Sequence record: MT446416.1 | Strand: one strand, 5' to 3' | DNA: 64,000 bases | In this document: positions 9,302-19,417 of the stretch, piece by piece | Layout of the letters: each line of letters opens with the position of its first letter | How positions within the stretch are numbered: position 1 is the first letter of the stretch | Position numbers and translations under genes: made by a program | The notes under the pieces: generated by a model | What the model saw: only the letters and a program-made list of their open reading frames with translations | What the model was told of the DNA's origin: nothing | The model's database searches: none

Positions 9302-10459
9302 ATGTCAAGATCGATTGCTGCTGCTGGACGATATAAGTTCGGTGAATGTGGATATGTAGTCGATGGTGCAATTCTCAACGATGGGACTAAACTCAAAAAT
9401 GTTCGAATCTATCGTCATAGAAGCCATAGATTATATGATTTACTTGATCCTGTAAGTAATGTAATTTATCGTAAAGTACAAATTACAACAAAGGATATAC
9501 AAGGATATCAATTAAACTACAACAAAACTAATGATCAAATCCTAAGTGAAATAAGAAAGAACTCTTTTTTCGTAAGAGGATACTCAGATGCTAAACTTGA
9601 ATCAGATCCTACTGGGTTTGTTTATAAGTTTCTTTTGCACAAAACAATTCTAGGTAGTTCACAAACACTATATAATATGTACACCCCTGAATGCGGGATT
9701 ATAGATAGAGATATAGACAACATCCTTATGTTCCCAACGTTCGTAGGTGATGATTTGGTAGGTGGTCGCCTATTCAACGCAGGTTCAGCCATTGATACAA
9801 CTGGAATGCGTATTACCGTTATACTTCCTGACGGAACCGAGTACTTCACAACTGAAATAATTGATGATGTTTTTAGTATTCCAGTTGATCCAATTACTCA
9901 ATCCGGTAAAGGAACCATCATACTCACTTCTGACATATATAATACCAAAACTATTGAATTTGATATACTAGAAAGCGGCGAAGATATTGACTTCGTTACT
10001 TCAGTACTTCTATCTCAGTTTGAGTACACGTCCGATGGTATGTACATGGCAACTGTACCAGCTACTGTGCATGAGCGTGGTGAGTATCTTGCTCTACAAG
10101 CATACAGTGGTGATTTATTCCAAATTGGAGTAGACCTCATTGTAGATCCTAGCGGTAATATTACTGTGTACCAAACTGATGATGCTCCAATCTCATTGAG
10201 TATTATTGGTAAAACCTTACACACCACTCCATATCACAACACGTATACTGATAGTGATTGGGTAGTTGATGGTGATTCTATGTACACACTGTCCATTCCT
10301 GCCAGTGAACATGGTAAAATCCTCCCACAAGTTCAAGTCTATGCTGAAGACAATCACGTTGTACTAAGTGAAGTTGAACTAGATGCCGATGATAATGTTG
10401 TATTAAAAGTTGTTGAACCATTTGGCTGTACTGTAGTCATTGTTGGTTATAACGCATAA
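9302..10459 (+). CDS. probable virion structural protein (only long plus-strand gene)
   Basis: 385 aa, acidic and beta-rich, two similar C-terminal repeats; SD GGAGG; AATAAATA upstream. Confidence 0.7.
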   Translation: MSRSIAAAGRYKFGECGYVVDGAILNDGTKLKNVRIYRHRSHRLYDLLDPVSNVIYRKVQITTKDIQGYQLNYNKTNDQILSEIRKNSFFVRGYSDAKLESDPTGFVYKFLLHKTILGSSQTLYNMYTPECGIIDRDIDNILMFPTFVGDDLVGGRLFNAGSAIDTTGMRITVILPDGTEYFTTEIIDDVFSIPVDPITQSGKGTIILTSDIYNTKTIEFDILESGEDIDFVTSVLLSQFEYTSDGMYMATVPATVHERGEYLALQAYSGDLFQIGVDLIVDPSGNITVYQTDDAPISLSIIGKTLHTTPYHNTYTDSDWVVDGDSMYTLSIPASEHGKILPQVQVYAEDNHVVLSEVELDADDNVVLKVVEPFGCTVVIVGYNA

Positions 10460-10460
10460 C

Positions 10461-10494
10461 AAAAAAGCCACTACAATGTAGTGGCTTTTCTTTT
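10461..10494. terminator. bidirectional intrinsic terminator
   Basis: AAAAAAGCCACTAC-AAT-GTAGTGGCTTTT between convergent genes. Confidence 0.8.
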
Positions 10495-10503
10495 ATCTAT
10501 ATC

Positions 10504-11328
10504 TTATTTGAAGTTTTTACGTAGAACTTCTTCCAGTGTTTGTTCTGGATTAGCAATTGCAACAGTGTAAATCAAATCTTTGAATGCCTGTACTGCTTGC
10601 TCAGTTGCTTCTTTACCGAAGTTAGCTGAAATACTGCTAAACATATTTTCAGCACGTTCAGAACTAATTAGTTCATTAACAAAGGTATCAATCTCTTTTT
10701 TGAGTTGTCCAGTTGTCATGTCACCAATTAGCATTTCATCAACTTCTGGCTTTTCATCAGTACTAACACGTACATTTGTAAAGCCAAATACATCATCCAG
10801 TGAACCAAAACTATGTTTAACTTTAGAAACAATAGATGGCTTGGTGCGTTCTACTGGTTCTACTGGTTCTTCTTGTTTCTCTTCAGAATCAGTACTTGAT
10901 TCGTATGGCTTGGTGAACATATGAGTGAGAACGTCATCAATGTTTTTAATCATACCTTCAACACGTTCTTCAGTTTTCTTAGTAACTTCTTTGAATGCTT
11001 GCTCAAGTAGACGATCTTGAACTGTAGTACGTACATCACCAACAACACCACGTAATTTTTCATTACACTGGTCTAGAATTGATAATAGTTCACCACTTTT
11101 AATTTTGTCAACCAATAAATCAAGGTCAGATTTAACTTCAGGTTTCTTCTCAATACCATTTAGTAAGCTGTTAAGCTCTTGAGCACCCTCAATCGCTTCT
11201 TGATGACTGGTAAATTGAACAGGCACATCAACACCATCTAGAACGATATTGAGTACTTTACCATCTACATAAGCGTAAGAGTAATATTCTTTTTTGAAGG
11301 AAATGGTTTTGAAGAAAATGTTGCTCAT
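10504..11328 (-). CDS. hypothetical protein
   Basis: ORF track, 274 aa; SD GGAG. Confidence 0.75.
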   Translation of the reverse strand: MSNIFFKTISFKKEYYSYAYVDGKVLNIVLDGVDVPVQFTSHQEAIEGAQELNSLLNGIEKKPEVKSDLDLLVDKIKSGELLSILDQCNEKLRGVVGDVRTTVQDRLLEQAFKEVTKKTEERVEGMIKNIDDVLTHMFTKPYESSTDSEEKQEEPVEPVERTKPSIVSKVKHSFGSLDDVFGFTNVRVSTDEKPEVDEMLIGDMTTGQLKKEIDTFVNELISSERAENMFSSISANFGKEATEQAVQAFKDLIYTVAIANPEQTLEEVLRKNFK

Positions 11329-11339
11329 ATTGTTACTCC

Positions 11340-11681
11340 TTATTTCCCAGATGCTGGGTATGTTTTAAACATATAGTGACATTGTACTAAATCATTGAAT
11401 TTCAATCCAAAATCTTTAGTACCCATCAGTGTGTGATAAAAATAATGTGAAATCTCATTGGTTTCTGCATCTTTAATATAGATACCGAACTCGGTACAGC
11501 AGAACTGAACGACTTCATTATAACCTACTAATTTCGAAACAACAAGTACTTGATCATAAGAATTTGCATCAAAACGAATGATATACATATCTTCAGTTTC
11601 AGGATGCACAATCATACCACCACGTGAAATGATTTTGACAAAATTCTCGCTCAAGTACTGAATTGTTGAACTCATGTCCAT
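11340..11681 (-). CDS. hypothetical protein
   Basis: ORF track. Confidence 0.65.
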   Translation of the reverse strand: MDMSSTIQYLSENFVKIISRGGMIVHPETEDMYIIRFDANSYDQVLVVSKLVGYNEVVQFCCTEFGIYIKDAETNEISHYFYHTLMGTKDFGLKFNDLVQCHYMFKTYPASGK

Positions 11682-11891
11682 CTACGACTCCTTGCGTATA
11701 ACACGTCCTGTTAAGTGCTCATCTGCACAGAACTTCATTATAAATGCCTTAAGATAGAAGTTGTCTAAGATGCGGTATGCTTGCTTCTTCATAACAACTT
11801 CCTTCTTTTCTACATCTACAATTATATCATGTTCTTCATGAAGTTCCTGGATCATTTTGTAAGTTTGGAAATTTAGTACGCTCATAACCAC
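11682..11891 (-). CDS. hypothetical protein
   Basis: ORF track. Confidence 0.55.
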   Translation of the reverse strand: MVMSVLNFQTYKMIQELHEEHDIIVDVEKKEVVMKKQAYRILDNFYLKAFIMKFCADEHLTGRVIRKES

Positions 11892-12201
11892 CTATATCCT
11901 CCATTTCCCATAAAATTCCAATCGCAACTGAAAGATCATGGTGAATTTGAAAATAGCCATGTGCAGCAGTGTAGATATAACCATGCTTGGTTATTGCATA
12001 ACCCCACTTCTTACTCTCCGAATGCATCGCACGCTTCAATGCATATGGTGATCGGGGTAGCTTCTCTGGCTCTGGCTCACGGTTTTCGTTGTAAATCTCT
12101 TGTTCGATTCTCAACGCTTTATGATATGAGTATACATGAATTAGACGACAAAGTACAATAGTAATGCAACAAATAATTGTAAAATATATCAGATTAATCA
12201 T
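11836..12201 (-). CDS. membrane-anchored hypothetical protein
   Basis: N-terminal TM segment. Confidence 0.6.
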   Translation of the reverse strand: MINLIYFTIICCITIVLCRLIHVYSYHKALRIEQEIYNENREPEPEKLPRSPYALKRAMHSESKKWGYAITKHGYIYTAAHGYFQIHHDLSVAIGILWEMEDIGGYERTKFPNLQNDPGTS

Positions 12202-12617
12202 TTCAACCTCTGCATAGAAACGTACTCGTTGATTGCATCAACTAAATCATATCCAGACATCACCGTATCATTGATGGTCACATTGTACTTTTTACGAACT
12301 TGTGTACCATCTGTTTTACTGTATAGTGATCCATCTGGTTGAATTGTTAAAGTATTGTTTAGAATAAAATCAAACATTTCTTCTTTTGATAGATTTACAG
12401 TACGTGTGTCAATATGATCAGTACTTACCAATTCACGAGTATGTTTGACACCGTACTCGGTGTGTTCACCTACACTACGATGCAATACCTTTAACTGCTC
12501 GGCTGCTGTCTCTTCATCATAGACATGAATAGTTTCAGTACTGTATACAATATCTTGAATATTACCAGTACTTACTTCTGTCCATGTATCTTTGAAATGT
12601 GTTTTGATTGTTTTCAT
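12198..12617 (-). CDS. hypothetical protein
   Basis: ORF track. Confidence 0.65.
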   Translation of the reverse strand: MKTIKTHFKDTWTEVSTGNIQDIVYSTETIHVYDEETAAEQLKVLHRSVGEHTEYGVKHTRELVSTDHIDTRTVNLSKEEMFDFILNNTLTIQPDGSLYSKTDGTQVRKKYNVTINDTVMSGYDLVDAINEYVSMQRLK

Positions 12618-12628
12618 AGTAGTTCGTA

Positions 12629-13078
12629 TTAGTTATATGAAGTGAATAAATCAATATTTGCATCATCTACACTGATTAATTTACCAGTTGAACTAACAAA
12701 CACAATATTACCACCAGGGGTGAGTTGAACACGCTGGTTTACTGAATATTGATCACTAAGGTTATAATTAGCCCATTCAACTACATAACGCTGTTCAACA
12801 CCATTAGTATCATAAAGATAAACGTGTGTAACATCACGCATTTTTAAACGTTCTAGTAGTGTTGAGTTATCCATGAAATCAGATGGTGTGTCACTACGTA
12901 ATGCGATACCGAACTCACCAATACCAGTACGAATAGTTAGACCGTTGGAAAAACGACTACAAAGAGTTTTCTCGTCAGCAATATGCATCCATAAAACATT
13001 CTTTACTTCAATCTCAATGAACTCACAATTTTCAAAAACTAAACCTACTTTAGAAACCTTACCATTAAATTGCATCAT
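12629..13078 (-). CDS. hypothetical protein
   Basis: ORF track; SD AGGAG. Confidence 0.7.
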   Translation of the reverse strand: MMQFNGKVSKVGLVFENCEFIEIEVKNVLWMHIADEKTLCSRFSNGLTIRTGIGEFGIALRSDTPSDFMDNSTLLERLKMRDVTHVYLYDTNGVEQRYVVEWANYNLSDQYSVNQRVQLTPGGNIVFVSSTGKLISVDDANIDLFTSYN

Positions 13079-13535
13079 AAACTCCTGTTTTTTTGTATTT
13101 TAAAATAAAATCTCTTGCTGCTTTCATAAGTTTAAATGGAATAGCTAATTCTTTAACAGTACTATCCATGAAATGTTCTTCTTCTGTATCATAGAATGTT
13201 GACATGTAATGGTCACAATCGTCAATTCTATCCCAGAAATCGGATGTACTTGGCTTGTTAGCGATGACAGTTATTTGTTTATCAGTTTTAGTATAGGAGG
13301 CATGTATCGTTAATCCAACATCACCCTTTTCAACACGAATTATAAACGAATTATTAGATGTATAACTCAGCCAACAATCTTCACCGAAGTATACAGTACT
13401 GTGTTTCTTCTCAAATGTATTACTGTTTTCAAGTACATCAATGACAATATCAACCGCATTGTCACTTAAAATTTTGACCATATCATCTTCCTCGTAGGTT
13501 TCTGGCAATTTCAAAGATACCATTAATGTTGTCAA
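13065..13535 (-). CDS. FQxST-motif paralogue
   Basis: C-terminal TEEEHFMDSTVKE. Confidence 0.7.
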   Translation of the reverse strand: MTTLMVSLKLPETYEEDDMVKILSDNAVDIVIDVLENSNTFEKKHSTVYFGEDCWLSYTSNNSFIIRVEKGDVGLTIHASYTKTDKQITVIANKPSTSDFWDRIDDCDHYMSTFYDTEEEHFMDSTVKELAIPFKLMKAARDFILKYKKTGVYDAI

Positions 13536-13887
13536 CTGTCAATCCACACATATCGTATACAGTAGATAGCTGAAAGAACATATCTTCATCTATAGTAACA
13601 TGTTCAATCTGCATTTGCAAGAGCACTTCACCAAGAAAATGATCGTATGTTTGTATCTTAAAAGAATCATAATATATATCAATGAAGAATTTTGGCACAC
13701 CATAGAACGAAACGACAAGTACAATGTTGTCAGAAGCTTCACATGGAACACTCAATGTATTTTTAAATGAACGGTATTCAAATGTGTACGGGTCCACGTC
13801 ACATGTATAGAATGAACTACACCCTTCAGAAAATATTACACCATTTTCAATTAGCATAGATAGTGCATGTGGTGGAATTTTCAACAT
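13483..13887 (-). CDS. FQxST-motif paralogue
   Basis: C-terminal DEDMFFQLSTVYD. Confidence 0.7.
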   Translation of the reverse strand: MLKIPPHALSMLIENGVIFSEGCSSFYTCDVDPYTFEYRSFKNTLSVPCEASDNIVLVVSFYGVPKFFIDIYYDSFKIQTYDHFLGEVLLQMQIEHVTIDEDMFFQLSTVYDMCGLTVDNINGIFEIARNLRGR

Positions 13888-13895
13888 TTCAATGT

Positions 13896-14372
13896 TTATC
13901 CTTTATTTTGTTGTACGTTATTATGTAGTACACCACAAATATAAAATAATTTACTTAGATTAGAATAACTTATGTTAGTTAGATCGTATACGAAATTTAG
14001 TTGCATATACATATCTTCAGTTAAATCATACAATGATTCGTCCACATCAATTACAATTTTCTTTGTAGTGTCAATCTCTACTTTATTAGGCCATACATCA
14101 ATAACATAATCATCACCATGTTTTTCAGATATGGAAATGAAAACATTATCGCTTTGTTCTAAAAACTCCATGTATCCGTTAAGAAATGATCCAGTTATTA
14201 TCTCATATTCACCAGAATGATACGTTGTTCTGGACTCAAATTCATTTAAAAATATCAAACGATATGTTTGGTTGATATACTCATCAATTAAACTAATAAC
14301 TTCTTTATTCATTACATTAATCCCCACAAGAAAAAAGGCCGATTCATAATGAATCAGCCTTAAGTATAACAC
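13896..14372 (-). CDS. FQxST-motif paralogue (divergent; true start probably MNKEV)
   Basis: C-terminal TEDMYMQLNFVYD. Confidence 0.65.
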   Translation of the reverse strand: MLYLRLIHYESAFFLVGINVMNKEVISLIDEYINQTYRLIFLNEFESRTTYHSGEYEIITGSFLNGYMEFLEQSDNVFISISEKHGDDYVIDVWPNKVEIDTTKKIVIDVDESLYDLTEDMYMQLNFVYDLTNISYSNLSKLFYICGVLHNNVQQNKG

Positions 14373-14552
14373 AGTAGAAGTAAAAATGTCAACTTCTAAA
14401 ATACAGTATCAAAGAGGAATAAAAAAGATACTGTTAGAGGGTAACGAATATAATGAACCATGAGGGTGATATCATTATACTTTAAAAGAGTGATAGCTTC
14501 TAGACAAAAGGAGGAATTCAGTACCGACTAGAAGCTATCCGGTTAAACGATT

Positions 14553-14837
14553 TCAGTACTGAATGTTTAGTTTAGGATGAGTATGTCCATCTTCGATTTG
14601 CTTTAGAATCGAGTCGCGGATCTCCACTGCACCCTGATAACTGTATTTATCGTTCGGAACTACCCATGTATATTCACCATCAGTGGTTTTAAAATCAATA
14701 CATGGATTGTCTCTGTATTCAGATGCAATGATTGATATAACATGCAATGAATTCAATGAATGATTTGTATAAGGATAATTGTTATTGTCTCGGAACGTGA
14801 ATGTTTTTAGTTCATCAGGTGCAACAATAAATTCCAT
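14553..14837 (-). CDS. hypothetical protein
   Basis: ORF track. Confidence 0.6.
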   Translation of the reverse strand: MEFIVAPDELKTFTFRDNNNYPYTNHSLNSLHVISIIASEYRDNPCIDFKTTDGEYTWVVPNDKYSYQGAVEIRDSILKQIEDGHTHPKLNIQY

Positions 14838-15028
14838 TATTCATCCTCGTACTTCTTGAATGGTGGAACATCTACCTTGAAGTCTTTGCACATCTTAGTT
14901 GCACGAACTTCAGTATTGTTGTGGTAATTTTTATTAAATTCATAAGAAACATAATTACGAATACCAGGTGTATGAATAATAGCAAGAACCAATGTACGAC
15001 CAAATAAGCATAACAAATTCAAAAACAT
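14837..15028 (-). CDS. hypothetical protein
   Basis: ORF track; SD GGAG. Confidence 0.55.
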   Translation of the reverse strand: MFLNLLCLFGRTLVLAIIHTPGIRNYVSYEFNKNYHNNTEVRATKMCKDFKVDVPPFKKYEDE

Positions 15029-15041
15029 ATTAAGCTCCGAG

Positions 15042-15401
15042 TTATGGATTAATCAAACGACACATACCAACTATAACATTTATCTCTTCTAATGTCAAGT
15101 CACCAATGTCATTTATCATTGAGTACTGGAATAATGACTCTTCTGTGTACTCAAAATCACGTACTGCTATAAAAATTGGCTCCTTAGAAACATCTAATGT
15201 TATCTTAGCCATTGTACTATATAAATCAAATTGATACAAAATATTAGGAGAAGTATATGCTATGTATATATTATTACATTCTGATGGATGTACCAGTGTG
15301 AATCCATCATAACATAATATTTTTATGTTAGGATCATCAAAATTACCAGTATAAAGATTCTTACGAACATCTTGCATTATACAAGTTATTAAACTAGTCA
15401 T
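15042..15401 (-). CDS. FQxST-motif paralogue
   Basis: C-terminal TEESLFQYSMIND. Confidence 0.7.
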   Translation of the reverse strand: MTSLITCIMQDVRKNLYTGNFDDPNIKILCYDGFTLVHPSECNNIYIAYTSPNILYQFDLYSTMAKITLDVSKEPIFIAVRDFEYTEESLFQYSMINDIGDLTLEEINVIVGMCRLINP

Positions 15402-15810
15402 TAAACGGATTTAGAACCTCTTCTGGAATTAATCTTTGAACTTTAAGTATAGCATTAATGTCCTCAAATGTCAATCCATTTAGATCGTTTACGAGACAGT
15501 ACTGAAAGAATTTTTCTTCAGTATCTATATCGTCAAAATTCAATTCAATTCTAGTGTCAATATAATCACTATTTACATTAGCAATTCTGATTTTAACTCG
15601 TTCAAAATACACATCAAATGAATAAAAATGATCATTGATTTCATAACCAAGAAAAATATTAAAACATTTACTCAAATCAGTGGTTTCGTTCAAATCGCCA
15701 TCATAGCAAAAAACTCTAACTTCACCAATATCTTCTAATTGTACATCATGCAGTGACCATGCGTTGTTTTTTAATACGTAGTTCACCATTTTAACAATGT
15801 TGTATTTCAT
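15394..15810 (-). CDS. FQxST-motif paralogue
   Basis: C-terminal TEEKFFQYCLVND; visibly similar to 15042-15401 throughout. Confidence 0.7.
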   Translation of the reverse strand: MKYNIVKMVNYVLKNNAWSLHDVQLEDIGEVRVFCYDGDLNETTDLSKCFNIFLGYEINDHFYSFDVYFERVKIRIANVNSDYIDTRIELNFDDIDTEEKFFQYCLVNDLNGLTFEDINAILKVQRLIPEEVLNPFND

Positions 15811-15827
15811 AGTGTACCTTAAAAAAT

Positions 15828-16223
15828 TTATTTACGATTCCTTGCGGAGTTCTTGTTCCTCGCTCTGAATGTTGGTGTCATCGAATGACAATTAGGGCAA
15901 AGGATTTTTAAATTCGGTAGGTCATTATTTGTAGCATCACCATCAATGTGCTCAACTTCTGTCAGTACTGCACCATCAACTGGGTGACGTTTATCCCATC
16001 CACATTCTTCACATGCAGTTCCGCGTGTTTCATGTAGATATCTTCTCACAAATGGGCATAACTGTATGGTAATACCTTTATATCCAGGATGTTCACCGTT
16101 AAGCCATTTATCAACTTTCTGTTGATATTGTAGCTCTTGTTGACATGCAACACTACAATATTTTGTTTGGCCCTTTCGAACCAATTCAATTTTACAACAT
16201 GTACAATAACGTTTTTCTTTCAT
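15828..16223 (-). CDS. HNH endonuclease
   Basis: YCSVACQ Zn finger; CEECGW...EVEHIDGDATNNDLPNLKILCPNCH; start moved to MKEKR (16223) by SD GGAG spacing. Confidence 0.85.
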   Translation of the reverse strand: MKEKRYCTCCKIELVRKGQTKYCSVACQQELQYQQKVDKWLNGEHPGYKGITIQLCPFVRRYLHETRGTACEECGWDKRHPVDGAVLTEVEHIDGDATNNDLPNLKILCPNCHSMTPTFRARNKNSARNRK

Positions 16224-16229
16224 ATAGTT

Positions 16230-16254
16230 CTCCATATATTATGGAGTATTTATA
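16230..16254 (-). promoter_or_regulatory. T4-late-type promoter plus RBS-sequestering hairpin
   Basis: TATAAATA (16247-16254) directly followed by CTCCATA-ATA-TATGGAG hairpin that contains the SD. Confidence 0.6.
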
Positions 16255-16276
16255 TGTAAGAAAAATATCATTTTTG

Positions 16277-16348
16277 AGGTCAATATCAGAATTGCACTGA
16301 TTATTCAGACTTACAAGGTCCGTGTTATACTCTTTTAACTAATCGACC
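16277..16348 (-). tRNA. trnT: tRNA-Thr(TGT)
   Basis: GGTCGAT/ATTGACC acceptor, CGGAC-CT-TGT-AA-GTCTG, ATCAG-TGCAATT-CTGAT; no encoded CCA. Confidence 0.8.
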
Positions 16349-16351
16349 TGA

Positions 16352-16444
<93 letters not shown>

Positions 16445-16445
16445 T

Positions 16446-16484
<39 letters not shown>

Positions 16485-16489
16485 AGCAC

Positions 16490-16605
<116 letters not shown>

Positions 16606-16608
16606 ACA

Positions 16609-16733
<125 letters not shown>

Positions 16734-16752
16734 GCATACTCGAAGTACCTCT

Positions 16753-16858
<106 letters not shown>

Positions 16859-16902
16859 AATTGCTTTATAAGCTACTGAATCGGGAATCACAACCTCCCC
16901 AT

Positions 16903-17420
<518 letters not shown>

Positions 17421-17429
17421 ATTTGTTTC

Positions 17430-17615
17430 CTATGAAATGAATGTAGCGTTAATTCCCATTATAAATGCAAATATACCAAACAATATCAGACCGATTGGTA
17501 CAAAGATCATAGATCTATTTCCATGTTTCGATAAAAATCGTTCAAGTATAATTAAACGTATTGATATAGGAACCATTATAATAATATACAATATTGAAAG
17601 AATTAAAAGTTGCAT
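17430..17615 (-). CDS. small two-TM membrane protein
   Basis: Two hydrophobic segments. Confidence 0.6.
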   Translation of the reverse strand: MQLLILSILYIIIMVPISIRLIILERFLSKHGNRSMIFVPIGLILFGIFAFIMGINATFIS

Positions 17616-17643
17616 TTTAATTTCCTATTATCATTTCGTTTTG

Positions 17644-17716
17644 CGACTCTGGAGGAACTCGAATCCCCAACCAATTAATTAACAGTTAATCGCACCACCA
17701 ATTGTGCTACAGAGTC
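17644..17716 (-). tRNA. trnN: tRNA-Asn(GTT)
   Basis: GACTCTG/CAGAGTC acceptor, ATTAA-CT-GTT-AA-TTAAT, GGGGA-TTCGAGT-TCCTC; no encoded CCA. Confidence 0.9.
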
Positions 17717-17724
17717 ATAATTAT

Positions 17725-18429
17725 TTACAAGCCATGTCTTTTCAAAAATCTAGCAAACACATTTTTGGAAGCACCATAGCTTTCATATATACTAACTTTT
17801 TTCTCACCATTAGTCAAACGTTTTTTTATATCTTCTATGTTATCTTCTAAACGTTTTACGTTTGCAAATTTCTTAGATGGTATGTTATTTTTGGTTCTAT
17901 AATTCAGTACTGAACCTGAACTGATATTCATTATTTTAGCAATTTCAGTATCTAACAAACCTTGGTTAATATATTCTTTTACCTTTTCATAATCAACTGA
18001 TGTTTCACCACCCTTTGTATTTGACGGAGGCTTGACCATTTTTTGTGAACACTCAACACTACAATATTTTGTATATGATTTCACTTTAGTATGTCTACGG
18101 GAAAATTCCGTATTACAACAAGCACATACAAATGAATCATATCGTGCTTGTACTCCATTCTTATGTGTTTTATAACGATGTTCATCAACATGAAGTATTT
18201 GTAAATTAGACAAATCATCATTTGTGAAATCATTATCAATGTGGTCTGCTTCTTCAGACTCAGTTAAATATCTACCTTCTTGTACTGCTAATAGATATCT
18301 GGCATATTGAGTACTGCTTCTATCAGTTGGAGAATTATAAAGTATTACAGTTCTTCTACCTTCAGGGTTTATCTGTATATACCCATTCTTCCAATCATTA
18401 CTATATGGATATTCTAATTTTATTTTCAT
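17725..18429 (-). CDS. free-standing HNH homing endonuclease
   Basis: YARYLLAV..GRYLTESEEADHIDNDFTNDDLSNLQIL; CACC..YCSVEC Zn finger; C-terminal HTH-like region. Confidence 0.85.
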   Translation of the reverse strand: MKIKLEYPYSNDWKNGYIQINPEGRRTVILYNSPTDRSSTQYARYLLAVQEGRYLTESEEADHIDNDFTNDDLSNLQILHVDEHRYKTHKNGVQARYDSFVCACCNTEFSRRHTKVKSYTKYCSVECSQKMVKPPSNTKGGETSVDYEKVKEYINQGLLDTEIAKIMNISSGSVLNYRTKNNIPSKKFANVKRLEDNIEDIKKRLTNGEKKVSIYESYGASKNVFARFLKRHGL

Positions 18430-18448
18430 TATTTTATTTCAAAGTTTG

Positions 18449-18753
18449 TGAGCCATCTGTGAGTCGAACACAGTACCTAACGATTCGTATAATCTATAGT
18501 TTTCACTATAGTACGGACTATATCATCATCCCATAGGGATGCCGGACGCTAATGATGTATTACACAGTAAGATCGTACTGTACCATCTAGTCTCTGCACC
18601 TTCCCAATACGCTTATTGGGCTTGGCTCAGGATTGTCATCACCATTACGTGTTAAGATTTCCCTGAATTCATCCAGTTTTTCAATCACCATTACTGATGA
18701 AAGTCACCATTGTCGATGAGTCGTTTGCTCTAACCACCGTGAGCTAATGGCCC
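18449..18753 (-). tRNA. intron-containing tRNA(CAU), probably Ile2 (exons 18716-18753 and 18449-18485)
   Basis: Spliced GGGCCATTAGCTCACGGTGGTTAGAGCAAACGACTCAT|AATCGTTAGGTACTGTGTTCGACTCACAGATGGCTCA folds as a cloverleaf; CGACTCATAATCG arm resembles enterobacterial Ile2; elongator Met not excluded. Confidence 0.85.
18486..18715 (-). mobile_element. group I self-splicing intron, 230 nt, no internal ORF
   Basis: P GAAUUCAGGGAAA 18658-18670, Q AAUCCUGAGCC 18624-18634, R GCAGAGACUAGA 18586-18597, S GAUAUAGUCC 18515-18524; P7 GACUA/UAGUC; P1 with U.G at 5' splice site; P9 with GAAA loop; terminal G. Confidence 0.92.
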
Positions 18754-18782
18754 GATTTGGGTGTTCCTAGTGTTTCATTATT

Positions 18783-18996
<214 letters not shown>

Positions 18997-19008
18997 AAAT
19001 TAATTATA

Positions 19009-19401
<393 letters not shown>

Positions 19402-19417
19402 ATCACCAACTTTAATT

